A DNA stretch of 64,000 nucleotides from assembly GCA_013265495.1 (NCBI GenBank), contig MU058645.1:784995-848994 (forward strand), read 5' to 3'. Below, piece after piece: positions 12,463-24,830 of the stretch. Origin of the DNA: Vicugna vicugna. Its lineage: Eukaryota. A program made the position numbers and the translations under genes. The notes under the pieces are model-generated. The model was not told the DNA's origin and made no database searches. It worked only from the letters and a program-made list of their open reading frames with translations. The stretch's first letter is position 1. Every line of letters begins with the position of its first letter.

Positions 12463-14780
12463 GCGTTGCAGCGAGCGCAGAAGCCGGCTGTAAATATCTG
12501 TTTCTGCCGAAGCGAAAGGCGGGACGTGATGTCATTTTCTCCACTACACGGAGCCCACATTAGTCTTTCTAAAAAAGGGGGAGCTCCATGTATTTGAGAC
12601 AAATTTGGCTGCACTCTGAGTGATATGTGTGTTTTTTATGTTTATGAAACCACCATCCAGCGAAAAATAGCAGCCTAATATTTTGACATGAAGGTCATTT
12701 GAAAGTTTTACTGCCTGCAAGCGTGATCCATTCTGTTGACAAAACGCTCTCCCAGGGCGCTTTGAGATGCCCCAGCCTGCTCGGCTCTTCTCTGAGCCTG
12801 GCATTTCTGCCCCCTCCCTCTTCACCGCCTCCCACCAGAGTAATTATCAGCTCATTAGGGCTGTCCTAGTGAATTATGTTGCAGCATTAAGAAAGGGTTC
12901 GGGACAAATGTCAGTGTCAATGAAGGAGGGAGGGAAGGGAGCAGGAGCGGGGGGGGGGTCCCCAACTCCACCCACTGCCACCGAAGCTACTGCGATCCCA
13001 CCAGGCACACACGGAAACCTCGAGAATATTCCAGCTGCCGGGAAGTTCAGACGGATGTAAACACGCTCTTGGGAGCTGCTGGCTCCCTAGGGCTCCTTGG
13101 CTTTGCAGAAACAGAAACTCTCCCGAAGGTGATGCCGCAAACATGTGTGCAGATGGATGCCTGCACATGGCTGGAGAGGGAGGCAGGGAGAAAGGGGACT
13201 CACAGGGCATCCCGTGGGAGGACTCCTGGGGCCAGAGCAGGGAGCCTGTGCATCTTCTACTGAGATGGCCGAACAGGGGGAAAGGGTCCCCGCACAGTCT
13301 GTCTCTATCTCTTTAAAAAAACACACACCTGCAGTTACAGCTGTACGGCTTACTTACTCTATTCGTCTGGGTGTTGCAGAGAGCAAAATAAGATGCCCCG
13401 TTCTTCCTCAGCCTTCAGGACACAGAAATCATTGCTGCCCTGAGAACAAAGATGGCCTTTTACGCTTCACTTCCCCCAGCACAGCATTAACAATAACAAA
13501 ATGATGCAGACAGCAGCTCCAAACCACATCAGACCCTACAACCGAGTCGAAAACCGAATTACCAAAGAGCAAAGTGCAGCAATACATTTTAAAATGCCAA
13601 GTGTATTTTAAAGGGCTCGGTTTTTACTTTTCTCCTGCCTTCAGAATTGTGTCGGTGATTCCGATCATAGGCTGTTGTTTTCTTATTTCATTGACGGCCC
13701 ACACCTCAATCTCCAGTCTCCTGTTTACTCCATTTCTCAAGAAAAGAAACACCAAGCGTATAAATCACGTCACAAGCATCTGAGTTCTTTTTTGGCTTAT
13801 AATCACACTGATGTTGTTTTTCTTTACAGAGCTTCCCAAAGCAGCATCCGCTGAGCAGCTGAGCCAGCAGGGTGGCCACACACAGGGGCCACTTCAGCCC
13901 CTAATGAGAGACAATCACCCAGGAGTTGGAGCGCAGAGCTAATTAATTATCATATTTGGCAAAGACTCTTTTGTAGCTAAGCAGATAATAGAGATGATGA
14001 ATATCACTCTATCTATGGACTTTTCAGGCTATTTTCTTGGCATTAAATGATGCTTTTCTCAGATAAGACAATAGTAGGAGTTCACATTAGAGAAAAAATC
14101 GGTTAATTTATCAGTAATAGTGATGCCCATCCTAAAGGGTTCATTACCTGTAAGCAAGTGCAAATCTATGTCCAGCTCTGAGTGGACATTTCCATGCAGA
14201 TCCTCAAAACTTTTAAGCAGCAGTGGTCATTTTAATCATGTCTTGAAAAAAGAATCCATGCACAGCTCAGAAGAACAGCCCTTGCAGATGGGGGGGTGGT
14301 CAACAGCCGGACACCTCACCCGCCAACTGCCGCCCGCCTTCCCCATTCAGCGAGTACACTCATGCAGGGGTGTTTTAGAACACACTACTTCTTCTTCATT
14401 CTTCCTATGCACATTTCTTTCATGGCAGCCTACATCATCTAAGACGTATAGATTGATGAGAGATGAAACGTACTTCAAAGGTAGGAGGGGAAGTATCTAA
14501 AGGTTGGACCAAGAGAGGGCAGGGAACATAAAAATAGACCAGGGTGAGAGCTCATAACTTTAGCCTTCCTTCATCCAGATGGATCTGCAAAGAACTTCTA
14601 TTCCTGGAAATTTCCAAATGATAAGGAGACATCCAACCAACCGCATGCTTAAGATAGTTTTAGTGTAACCTTTCCTAAGAAAGTGGAATAGATAATAAAA
14701 TTAAACATACTGAGAAGCCACCCCACATCAGGCAACAGGCAGTGACGATTGATTTGATTCTCAAAAGAGCCTAAAAATGT

Positions 14781-14865
14781 GGGTATTGTTGCCACTTTAC
14801 AGATGGGGAAATTGAGGCCTAGGAGGGCTCAGTCACGGCCTGAGGTTACAGCTGTGAGTGGAGTG
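14781..14865 (-). mobile_element. MIR core fragment
   Basis: ccactttacagatggggaaattgaggcctaggaggg...aggttacagct. Confidence 0.65.
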
Positions 14866-14898
14866 AAAGTTTGCTTCCTGCTAGAGGCCTCAGTACTA

Positions 14899-15826
14899 TT
14901 TTTCTTTAAATTTTACATTACTGCAGCAAGAACACTTAACATGAGATCTGTCCTCAATCAATTTCTCCTCAACAAATGTCTAAGGAATACTACAGTTAGG
15001 TGCAGAGGTGACACAGCAGATGCTCATCTCACATATCTGAATTTTATGCCCATACCACTTGCCATTCCCCCTCCCCAGCCCCTGGCAACCACCATTCTGC
15101 TCTTTGAGTCTATGAATTTACCTATTTTTAACAGCTCAGATAAGTGGAATCAGGCATAATTTGTCATCTTGTGACTAGCTCAAATCACTTAGCATAAGGT
15201 CCTCAAGTTTCATCCCTGTTGTTGCATATTGTAGAACTGACTTCCTTTTCACAGCCGAATAATATTCCATTGTTATATATGTACCATATCTTCTTTATTC
15301 ACCTGTTGACAGACACTTGAGTTCTTTCCATGTCTAGGCTATTGTAAATAATGCTGCAGTGAACATAGGACATGCAGGTACCACTTCAAGATTCTGATTT
15401 CAGTTCTTTGAGATGAATGTCCAGAAATGGGATTGTGGGATCATATGGTAGCTCCACTTTTTTTAACATTTTTTTCTTGATTTATAATCATTTTACAATG
15501 TTGTATCAAATTCCAGTGTAGAGCACAATTTTTCAGTTACACATGAACATATATATATTCATTGCCACATTTTTTTCTCCGTGAGCTACCATAAGATCTT
15601 GTATATATTTCCCTGTGCTATACAGTATAATCTTGTTTATCTATTCTACAAGGTAGCTCCATTTTTAATTTTTTGAGGGACTTCTGTTTTCCATAATGGC
15701 TGCACCATTTTGCATCCCCACAAATAGTATGCAAAGGGTTCCCTTTTCTCCTTGTCCTCAATGTCGCTTGTCTTTGTTTTTTGTTTCTGGATAGGAGTCA
15801 TTCTAACCTTTGTGAGGTGACCTCTC
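14899..15826 (-). mobile_element. Old L1 (L1MA9-like 3' end), interrupted by a younger L1
   Basis: aacacttaacatgagatct...cccagcccctggcaacccaccattct; minus-strand ORF 15646-15828 is ORF2p-like (RGHLTKVRM...CKMVQPLWKT). Confidence 0.85.
15462..15651 (-). mobile_element. Young camelid-type L1 3' end nested in the older L1
   Basis: Antisense to the 3' end seen at 1-237; 15-bp TSD ggtagctcca(c/t)tttt at 15447-15461 and 15652-15666; minus-strand target TT/AAAAA. Confidence 0.9.
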
Positions 15827-17636
15827 AATGTCCCTGGTGCCTCAGATCACACCAGATGCCCAGCCTGTGTTCCCCTTCAGCTCCAGTAAGTGATTCGGTC
15901 AAGGCTGATGCGTGCTCAGCATTGGGTGAGGTGGGCGAGCTCGCAGGTGTGGACCAGGACAAAAGTTCGACTGAAGGGAAATCAAAATGGCAGAGAGTAG
16001 CTCTGTCCTCCTCCAAGCCTCACCCCAGGGTGTGAAAAGCAGAGAGTACAGCTGCGTGCATTCTGGACAGCGCGGGAAAGAAGGGCAGACCCAGAGAACA
16101 GCATCCAGTCTCACCGGAGACACGCAAGCATCCCTTCCCGTGTCTGTCTCTCCGCGGACCTGGGTTGCCTCCAGCACAGGCTTGCTTGGTTTGGGACTGG
16201 CTGGTACTTTTGTTTGGGGTTGGGTATTTCTGTTTGATTGTGTCTTCAAGTCAACGGGAGGAACAAAGAGGGAAGGCATGCGTCGCATCTTCCCGTGGAG
16301 AGGGAGAGTGACAGCGCCCGCCTGCCGTATCTCCCGGGGCCATCGCGCATCCCCCGCTCATCAACCGAGCCTGGCAGCTGGGGAGATACATTTAGATAAA
16401 GCAGCCGCAGTCACCGATAACAAGCCCCTCAAATGTCAGGCGGCACAAAGGCCAGCATTGATTGCAGCCCGCCTCCCCTTTCTTCAGCGCTCCACCGCCT
16501 TTTCCTTTTCCCTTCTCACACAGCAGAGCCGCGGGCGGGGATGATCTGCCGGTGGCAAAGGCCATTGTGCCTGTACACGTATTGTGTTATTTGCTAAATG
16601 GAATTTATCAACATCTCCCCAATCCCCGCTCCTTCCTCGGGCCCCCTCGGAGGCTGGTCTCTCTCCCAGTCAGGCCCAGGGCGTGCTCTGCTCCCTCCTC
16701 CCTCCCGGAGCCTGTCAGCCAGCTTCCAGCTCAGGCCTGGGGCTGGACAGGAGGATCTCCTGCAGCAAACCCCAAAGAGGAGGGAGGCAGAGGCCTGGGA
16801 GGCCTGCCCAGCATGAGGAAACTGGACAAAAGCCTGGAGATGTCTGCTGCAGGCTGGTGGATAGCGGGTGTCAGAGAGATGCTTCCTGCTAATAAACCGG
16901 TCCTCCCTTCCCACTGAGCAGAGTATCTTTTCTGTGCAAAGAACTACCTTTCAAGTCCCTTTGAAGAGATATGAAAGGGTATGGAGAAGGGGAAGAGGCA
17001 GCATGAACACCAACAGCCGGACCAGCCCTAATTCCTGACCCCGTCGAACGCTCAAATCCTCTCCTACCTGGTGGCCTGGGAAGCCACCATCAAAGCCACC
17101 CTTGAGCTGGCCGAAGATGTTGATAACTATGCAAATGCAAATGCCCAGAGAAGGAGCTGTGTGTCAGGGAATAGCAAGCTCCAACGACAGCGGATTTTTT
17201 TCATTTTCATTTCTGTTTTTGTCCTTTGGAGCATCCTATGGAGTACTGAGAGCTAATGTGGAGTCCTCCCAGAATTATTTCGTGGAGATAAATGACTTGC
17301 ACAGCGAATGTTTGCTTGTCCATTGCTGGTTTGTATTGGCTCCTGAACTTGACATATATCCTGGTGACACGAGAGCCTCCAACGTGGATAAATTACAATA
17401 TGCGTTATTATTTTGATTTAATAGCTACTGGTAAATAAAAGAACACTATCTCTCTTCTGGCCCACTGCACTTAAAATAGCTGCTTTAGAGCAAAAACAGG
17501 AATTAGACATCAAAAAAAAAGACTTTGGAAGATTCCCACAGTAAGAGGAGTTCACTCTAAAAACAAAACAGACAGAGCAATGCACCAAGCAAATCAGCAT
17601 GGAAAGAGTTCAGACATTTTACTAACGAAGAGAAGC

Positions 17637-18128
17637 TGTCGTAGGCAGAATAACAGCCCTGAGAGCTGTCCACATCCTAATGCCCAGGACCTATGACTAG
17701 GCTAGGCTACTTGGCAAAGAAAAATTAAAGAGGTAAGTGAAATTAAGACTGCTAATCAATTGACCTTAAAGTAAGGAGGTAATTCTGGACTATCTGGGTT
17801 TGCCAAAGAGATCAAAGGGTCCTTGCAAATGGAAGGCAGAGACAGAGGGGCAGTCCAGAGCCATGGGACACAACGTGAGAAGGACCCTCCTTGCTACTGT
17901 CGGCTTTGAAGGTGGAGGAAGACTGCACAATCCAAGGATTGTGGGCGCCTGCAGAAGCTGGGACAGGTAAGGGAACAGATTCTCCTGGAGTCTCCAGAAA
18001 GAACCAGCCCTGCCACCATCTTGATTTCCATCCCATGAAGCCCGTGTTGGATTTCTAACACTCGGGACTGTAGGTTAACACATGTGTTTGTACTGGGTTT
18101 TTGCAGCAGCAATAGGGATCCAGCACCA
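17637..18128 (+). mobile_element. MLT1D-type MaLR LTR
   Basis: Start tgtcgtaggcagaataa; internal ggctttgaaggtggagga and ggaacagattctcctggagtctccagaaagaacc; end gcagcagcaatagg. Confidence 0.85.
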
Positions 18129-18149
18129 GAGGGAAAGGAAGCAAAGTGC

Positions 18150-18300
18150 TACTGCCCACTGAGCACCTACCACACGCCAAACCCTGGCTAGTATTTCACT
18201 CGCACCACCGCCCTCCGTCTTCAGGGCCCTCCCATGACATGAGTGTTACTGTTGTTCCCACTGGCTGAGTAAACTGAAGTTTAAAAGGTTACAAGGTCTG
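18150..18300 (-). mobile_element. Degraded MIR
   Basis: ctgagcacctaccacacgcca...ctgagtaaactgaagtttaaaaggttac. Confidence 0.5.
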
Positions 18301-18964
18301 AGGGCCAAGCTCCACCTCCTTCCACTACTGCTGATCTGTGAAGATCCCGCCATGTTTCTGCTGTACTAAGGAATGAAATATTTCCTGCACTTGTAGAATC
18401 TTGGCACACATTTAATCAGAGCCATCGATCATTGCTTAGAGATTCAGATTTTACAAATGAAATCAAGAACCTGGTGAGCACATCTCTGAGTTATTGAGAA
18501 GGCCATGTCCATTGTCTCGACTGTGCAATACTGGAGATTCCCTAGGTAAGCTTGTGGGATTACCTTGCATGCAACTTTCATGGTGAATTCCTCCAATGGT
18601 ACGTTCTGACTGAACCAAATTTGACATTCCTAATGTCCCAAGAAAAGTATCTCCCTAATGATACCACATCACTTCATGTCACAGAAATCAAAGGTGATGG
18701 TTCTAATAGAGATGCCATCTCCAACGTGAAGGCAGGTGACTCCTTCCCAGAGTCAATGCACACAAGTCAAGGAGGCAAGACCCCGTCGAGGCAATGGACG
18801 GTCACACCCAAGCAGTTTTCGCATTCAAGGAGAAGGCAGATTCTACAAGAAGAAGCAACTTTTCAAGAAGGTATACTCTTCAAAATCCTTTAAAAAAAAA
18901 ATGCCAAGCATCTGTCATGAGGATAGCTTGACTCTTTAAAAATAACAGGGCAAGAGGATTATAC

Positions 18965-19357
18965 CCTCCTGTGACCCACAATCATCTGTTCTAGAGAGAT
19001 GTGTGCTCCCCTTCCAGAGTGCAGTGCTGCGAGGAAAGGAATTTTCCAGATCCTTTTGCGTCTAGATGGGGCCATGACACTAGCTCTCACTAACGGGGAT
19101 TGTAAGCACAAGTCATGTTGTCTTTTCTGGGCTGAATCAGGAGGCTAATGTGCTTTCCCTACTCCACTCCCTTTCCACAGTGAACATGGAAGCCATGTGT
19201 AGAAAACAATGGAGCCACAAGAGGGAAGGCGTTGGATCCCCGAGTCACTGTGTGGAAGATCATCTGCTGGACACAATGAACGGCTATTATACAAGCACTA
19301 AATTCAGTTGTGTTAAGCCACTGAAATGTCTGGGTTCATCCTGTGAAACCTGATACA
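18965..19357 (+). mobile_element. MLT1J-like MaLR LTR
   Basis: ggagccacaagagggaaggcgttggatccccgagtcactgtgtggaa...gttgtgttaagccactgaaat...tgataca. Confidence 0.6.
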
Positions 19358-21846
19358 GCATTGTCATAATTAAAACATACATTTGAAAGGTCAAGAGGAG
19401 CAAGTCTTATGGCTTTGGGCAACAATACTGACAGGTAGCTGGGACGGCAAGGTAGAAGTCATTTCCACGTGCAGTGTGTGGCAATGAAGAGTCCTTCACA
19501 GCAGTTTCTCACAAGACCTTTTGCCAAAGTTGTTAAGGTCACCAATCTTTAAAGCTCAAAGTTGTACATGGTGGCGTGGAATTGATTCTTAGAAAAGACT
19601 CTGAAAGTGCGTATTGTATGCCTTCAGTGTTGATTTTGCAAGACCTTCTCAGGGGAAGTACATCTTGTTTGTAGAAAATACCTTTAAAAAATGACTTAAA
19701 ATTTTCCTAAGTCTAGCTCAGAAATCTGCCACAAGAAAACATACTTTTGCACACATTATTTGCAACATCCAGAGTGAGAGGAAAGATGAGCCCTTCAGTG
19801 GAGCTCCACAGGCGTTAGCTGAGCTTTAGAACATGGTTGGGGGTGGGGGCACGTTTTGGAAGCTGCCATTGCACCAAAATACCTTCAAGCAAGTAATAAG
19901 GCTTAAAAGATAACATAGATAATTAAGACCCTCTGAAGCACCCTGTTGAAGGACTTTGAGCGCCAGCTTTTAAAAATCTAATGGGAACCTGAATGAGTGA
20001 GGAAACTCAGCCTTCCCCCACCTGGAAGCCGTGGCTACAAGCGAACACCCCGTCCCACACAGCCGGGGGGCCGCTGCTGCTTTCACGGAGGCGGGGGGAG
20101 CTTTTACATCTTGTCTCTGCTTCAGCAGTGGCTTCAGAAGAGACTCGGGTTCACTGTCAGCAGAGCTGGATCTCCCGCTGCCCTCAGTGGAGGATGGAGT
20201 CACCACGCCCACTTTGGTGTCACCCCTGAGGTTCTCAGGTCCCCTCCTGTGCCGTTGAGGCCAGGCCAGGGAGTGGAAGAGTCGGGCAGCTCTCCCATAA
20301 AGGGCTCCATGGACAATCCCTGCTCCCGCAGCCCAGCTTCACTCTTTCCACTGACGCAGGTTTCTCCAGCTCTGCCTTGGTTCCCCGGACCCCACCACGC
20401 AGATGGCTCACTGTTAGGAGGGCGCGACTGCTGGGCTTACATCTTACTACCGTCATAACCGGTCACTGTCAGGCCGTCACATGTGAAATTGCCATTTTTG
20501 TAGGTCAGAAAGAGGCAAATATGATCAAGTTCATGTGATTCTACTAAGTGTAATGCAGGATATTTAGAAACCAAGAAGGCAAATGAAATAGCAACAGTGC
20601 CACAGCTCTGACTGCCGAAGCCCCGGCCGCCTCCCGGCACCACGCTGGGCGCTGTCCTCGAGTCTCCGGCCGCCTCCGCCAAGCGCCGCCCTCCTCCCGA
20701 GGAGTCGACATCGCTGCACAAAGGCACATCACACGTTTGAAAAAGAGGCAGAATATACACTGTGTATTTTATACTACAAATTATTCTCTTTAAAACTTTA
20801 AAAATTCTCACTCTAAAAATAGAAAATGCAAAAAAATAAAATGTGGTCTTGATGTGTCTGAGAAATGGCACCGCTTCACCTCAGGCCACGTTGGAGGCAT
20901 GGGCTCTGCCAGACACTTAACCACGCTCTTATTTGCTTATTTGATGAAAAAAAATGAATCACAATTCTCTTCTTTGACTCTTAAAGTATTAAAGCTTATA
21001 ACCGGACACATTCTCCACTTAATGTGTAATCATTAAAATAAAGGTGTGTGTTGTTTACTCAGCCCCACTTGAGTAAATAACTTGTCTGCCCATCAAGCTC
21101 AATTTGCCTTGTCTCAATGCCATTTCATGCATTTTTATCCTTTAAATTCCAGTGATGAACATCATCAGTACCAAATCTTAGGGAACCAGACAAGAGCCAG
21201 GGAGCATTTGCCACAGGCTGTGAACTGGGGGCGAACGCGTCGGTCCATGTCAAGAATCTTAAACCTTACCGGTGCCACCCCATCGATCTCCTGCCTCGAG
21301 CTTCCTGCAGATTTGAACTCCTGAATCTGTATAATCAAGGGGGAAGGCCCATTATCTTTCAATCCATCACACTTTGAAAAGAACTTTGCCCTTTGAGGAA
21401 AATCATGTTGATTATTCTTTTTAATAACAATAGTCCATCGATCTGTCTGCATTTAAAGTCAGCAGTTCAAGAGGGAGCAGCGACAGGGTGGGGCAAGCAC
21501 TTGTATTTCCATCAGCGGTTTCTTTAAACACACCCTAGCCCCTGGACGACTGCGTATTGAATTTCTTTGGCTGTCAAGTCCTACTGCAATGCTCCCCGTC
21601 TGGCTGCAAAGCCTGTGAAATCTGGAGACATCTGCCCGGAGCCCCCTTCATTGTTCTTCTGTCTAAAGCCCCTCCCGGGAGCTGTGTCATGTGGTTGAAG
21701 AAACAGAACATCACTATTTTTCCCGCGTGTGGACGGTGACCAGACCTGGCCACATCCTGTCACCAGTTTCAGATTGAGGACCCATGATGCTGAAAGCAGG
21801 GACTGCGCTGGGCCCTGGGAATAGGCGTCACTTAGAACCGGGGAGA

Positions 21847-21864
21847 CCCCCCCCCCCCCCCCCC
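21847..21864. repeat. C18 homopolymer
   Basis: Counted directly. Confidence 0.9.
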
Positions 21865-22655
21865 GGGAGCTCACTCTGCTGGGCGGCTCCGCCTTCTGCC
21901 GGAGGGAGCCAGAGGCGGAGGGAAGTACTAGTCAGTTCGTCACAATCAGCATTTATCACTAAATGAAAAGAACAAAACGCCAGAGGTCTGTGAGTCTCCC
22001 TACTCGGACAGAACTAGGCTTCGGTGGGTGGGTTTTCATAAAGAGGCTGCAGTGGGCTAACCCTGCGCCAGCCCAGGGCTCTCCACGCCCGGCCGCGAAG
22101 CCCAGCCTCCGGGCGCCCTCGTGGGGAAAGGGTCTGGACCAAGCTCAGCCTCTGAAGCTGGTTTAGGCAGGTCCTGCCGCAGAGGGAACGCGCCTCTTTT
22201 CAAAGGAACCTCCTGCTGAGGTTCGATCACAGCCGAGGGACGTCTTCATGTCACTTTCTGCCTCTGTCTCTGCAGGCCTGGTTCTCAAGGAGCCTCCCTC
22301 CGGCTCCCCTGCTCCGGAGCAGGAGCCACAGCAGTCACAGGCGGTTGCCTCTGCCCAGCTGGAAACAGCCGGGACGCCCAGCTCCGGGTCTGGTGGCACA
22401 GAGAGGCCCTCAGAGGCTGCAGGCCTCAGCTCCGCTCACACATGTGCCCGGCAGGGCGGGCCTCCCTGCAGCCAATCACAATTTTGCATCCAAGTATTAT
22501 CTCAGGTTACGTGGAGCATCCTTTAGGCTCCATGAACCCACTCAGAAGAAGATGAGCACGTCACGGAATGAAGAAACTCTTTGCTTGTGACCTTGAAAAA
22601 GGTATTGAGCTGGTTTTTTTTTTTTATTTTTTTAATGTTTAAAATTTTGTTTGCC

Positions 22656-22865
22656 TTTTTTTTAATTGAAGTATACTCAGTTTATAATATGTCAATTTCT
22701 GGTGCACAGAATAGTGTTTCAGTCCTACGTACGCATACATATATTCCTTTTTATGTTCTTTTCCAGTATAGGTTACTACAAGATATTGAATATCGTTCCC
22801 CGTGCTGTGCAGTAGAAGCCTGTGGTCATTTATCTTATGAATAGTAGTTAGTATCTGCAAATACT
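22656..22865 (-). mobile_element. 5'-truncated cetartiodactyl-type L1 3' end
   Basis: tttttaattgaagtatac...ggttactacaagatattgaatatcgttccccgtgctgtgcagtag. Confidence 0.85.
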
Positions 22866-22889
22866 AACCTAGGGAAAAAAAAAACCTGA

Positions 22890-23090
22890 AAATCAAGCTC
22901 CATTACTTATTAAAAAAATGATTTGGGCAAGTTATTTACCTTCACTAAATACCAACTTTCTTACCTAGAAGATGGGGATAATAATATAATTTAATAATAT
23001 AGTTACCTTCTTACCTTATAGAGTTGTTAGGGAACATACTTAGCATAGTACGTGGAAGGCAGTAGACATTCACTGAATGTTAGACAGGAT
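22890..23090 (+). mobile_element. MIR
   Basis: tttgggcaagttatttacc...gatggggataataat...cttatagagttgtt...cttagcatagtacgtgg. Confidence 0.6.
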
Positions 23091-23967
23091 TTATGTTTGA
23101 TATTCATCTGTTCATTTACTCATTTCACAAAGGAATGGGGATTCAATAAGAAACAACGTGCCTAGCTAAATGTCTAGCACACAGTAGGTACTGAACACAA
23201 TTTATTTCTCCTTTCCTTTTCACAGTTAGAAAACTGAGGTTCAGAGGCAGCAGGTCCATCCCCCCATTTAACGCCGCAGCTGAGCCGTCTCTGTGCCAGG
23301 CAAGTCCCCTGCAGGAAGAAACTGAAAGTGAGAAAGTGGGGGGGAGTAACCTGAGAATCTCGCGTCTGCTTTAATTGATTTACTTCAGGTCAAACTCAAG
23401 GAGCAGGGACGTAAGTGGAAGTCCATTTAGCTGACTTGAAAGCTCTGTTCTTGACCTCAGAGGACTGGGAGGTCTTTGAATTCATCTGAGTTTCTAAGTC
23501 TTCGGCCAGAAAGGAAAATTTCTCAGCTGCTATTTTGTGCTTTCAAAGTGAATTAATTTTCTAAATGGAAAATTGAAATAATTAGGTTATAGACTGAGTG
23601 ACATTTACTAAGGTGAAAAGCAGGGAAATTTTTATATCCTTTATTAAACAGTTATTAGATGTATTAAGCAATATGGAGTAATTACTTTTATTCCTCCAAA
23701 TGTGATTATTCTTTTCACGCCAAGGCAAGCTTAGACTCACAAGGATCCAACAGAGCGTGACTACTCAAAAAAAGAACCACGTGGCGTCTTCAGCCTTGCT
23801 CCCAGGAGCAGTGGCTCACTGGGCAGGTGGAGGGAGGTGCTTATGGAGAAGAACGGGTTCTCAAGATGGTGCTCGACTTCCCCTACCCGCACCTGGACGC
23901 ACCTTTCTCATCAACTTTTCATTTTATCCCTCCTACCAACCTGTCCAACAAGGAAACTTAGTCTTTG

Positions 23968-24400
23968 ATTCAAAACTATTTTAACAGCACCTACTTTGTG
24001 CCAGACACTGTTCTAAGGTCAAATAACAGACAAAACCTCTCACCTCCCTGGGATCTGTATTCTAGAAGGAGACGCCAGACAGCAAAGGAAATAAGGAGAC
24101 ATCATAGTAAGTTAGAAGATGGCTTCCATGGAGAAAAGGGAAGTCCTATGGAGAGGAGCTCTTTGAATAAGCAGCCGAGGAGAGTGAGGGAGCCAGCCAC
24201 ACAGCCGATGGGGGGAGAACACCTAAGGAGAAGGAATCCTTGTGTGCAGAGGTCTGATGTGGCCCGGGGTTCCAGGAACTCCATGCAGGGGTGACCTAAG
24301 TGACTGGGTAGGGAGTGGGAGGTCAGAGGGGGTCTGGGAGGTGGGGGAGGGCAGTCACTGTGGAGATTTTGACTCATTCTGAGTAAGACAATAAGCCAGA
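23968..24400 (-). mobile_element. LINE-2 3' fragment
   Basis: agcacctactttgtgccagacactgttctaagg followed by purine-rich L2 antisense sequence. Confidence 0.7.
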
Positions 24401-24689
24401 GAGAGATTATGAATGAAGACGTTCCCATTAAGAAAACACACAGACGTCCATAAAAGTCATGTAAGTGTTATTTCTCTAGTGAAACTTGCTTCTCATCTCC
24501 TAGGTGACAAATGATACCTTTGTCTTAAAGGTATAGTTCCCCACGCTCTGATCTTAATAGTCTGGGGGTCTTGACAAGGCCAGATGGGATGGGACTAGCG
24601 CATGGCAAAGGGTTAGATCTATTTTTAGAATATTGATTGATTCGGAGCCCAGAGAGAAACTCCAGTGTCCTCTGGTACGAACCTGTAAC

Positions 24690-24830
24690 TTTAGCAGGTC
24701 TCTGCATCTTCCTGAGTCTCAGTCTTCATATTTGTGACATGAGTGGTTGTCAGGGTGACATGGGGTGATGCACTGAAAACGTCTGACATAAACTTAGTGC
24801 TCAATACACAGTAGCTATTTTTATTTAAGC
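24690..24830 (+). mobile_element. Degraded MIR
   Basis: ctgagtctcagtcttcatatttgtga...agtgctcaatacacagtagctatt. Confidence 0.5.

Noticed and set aside
15987-16917. Overlapping 185-aa and 151-aa ORFs
   Set aside because: GC-rich, starting at non-ATG codons in the ORF track, no homology recognised; better explained as regulatory sequence
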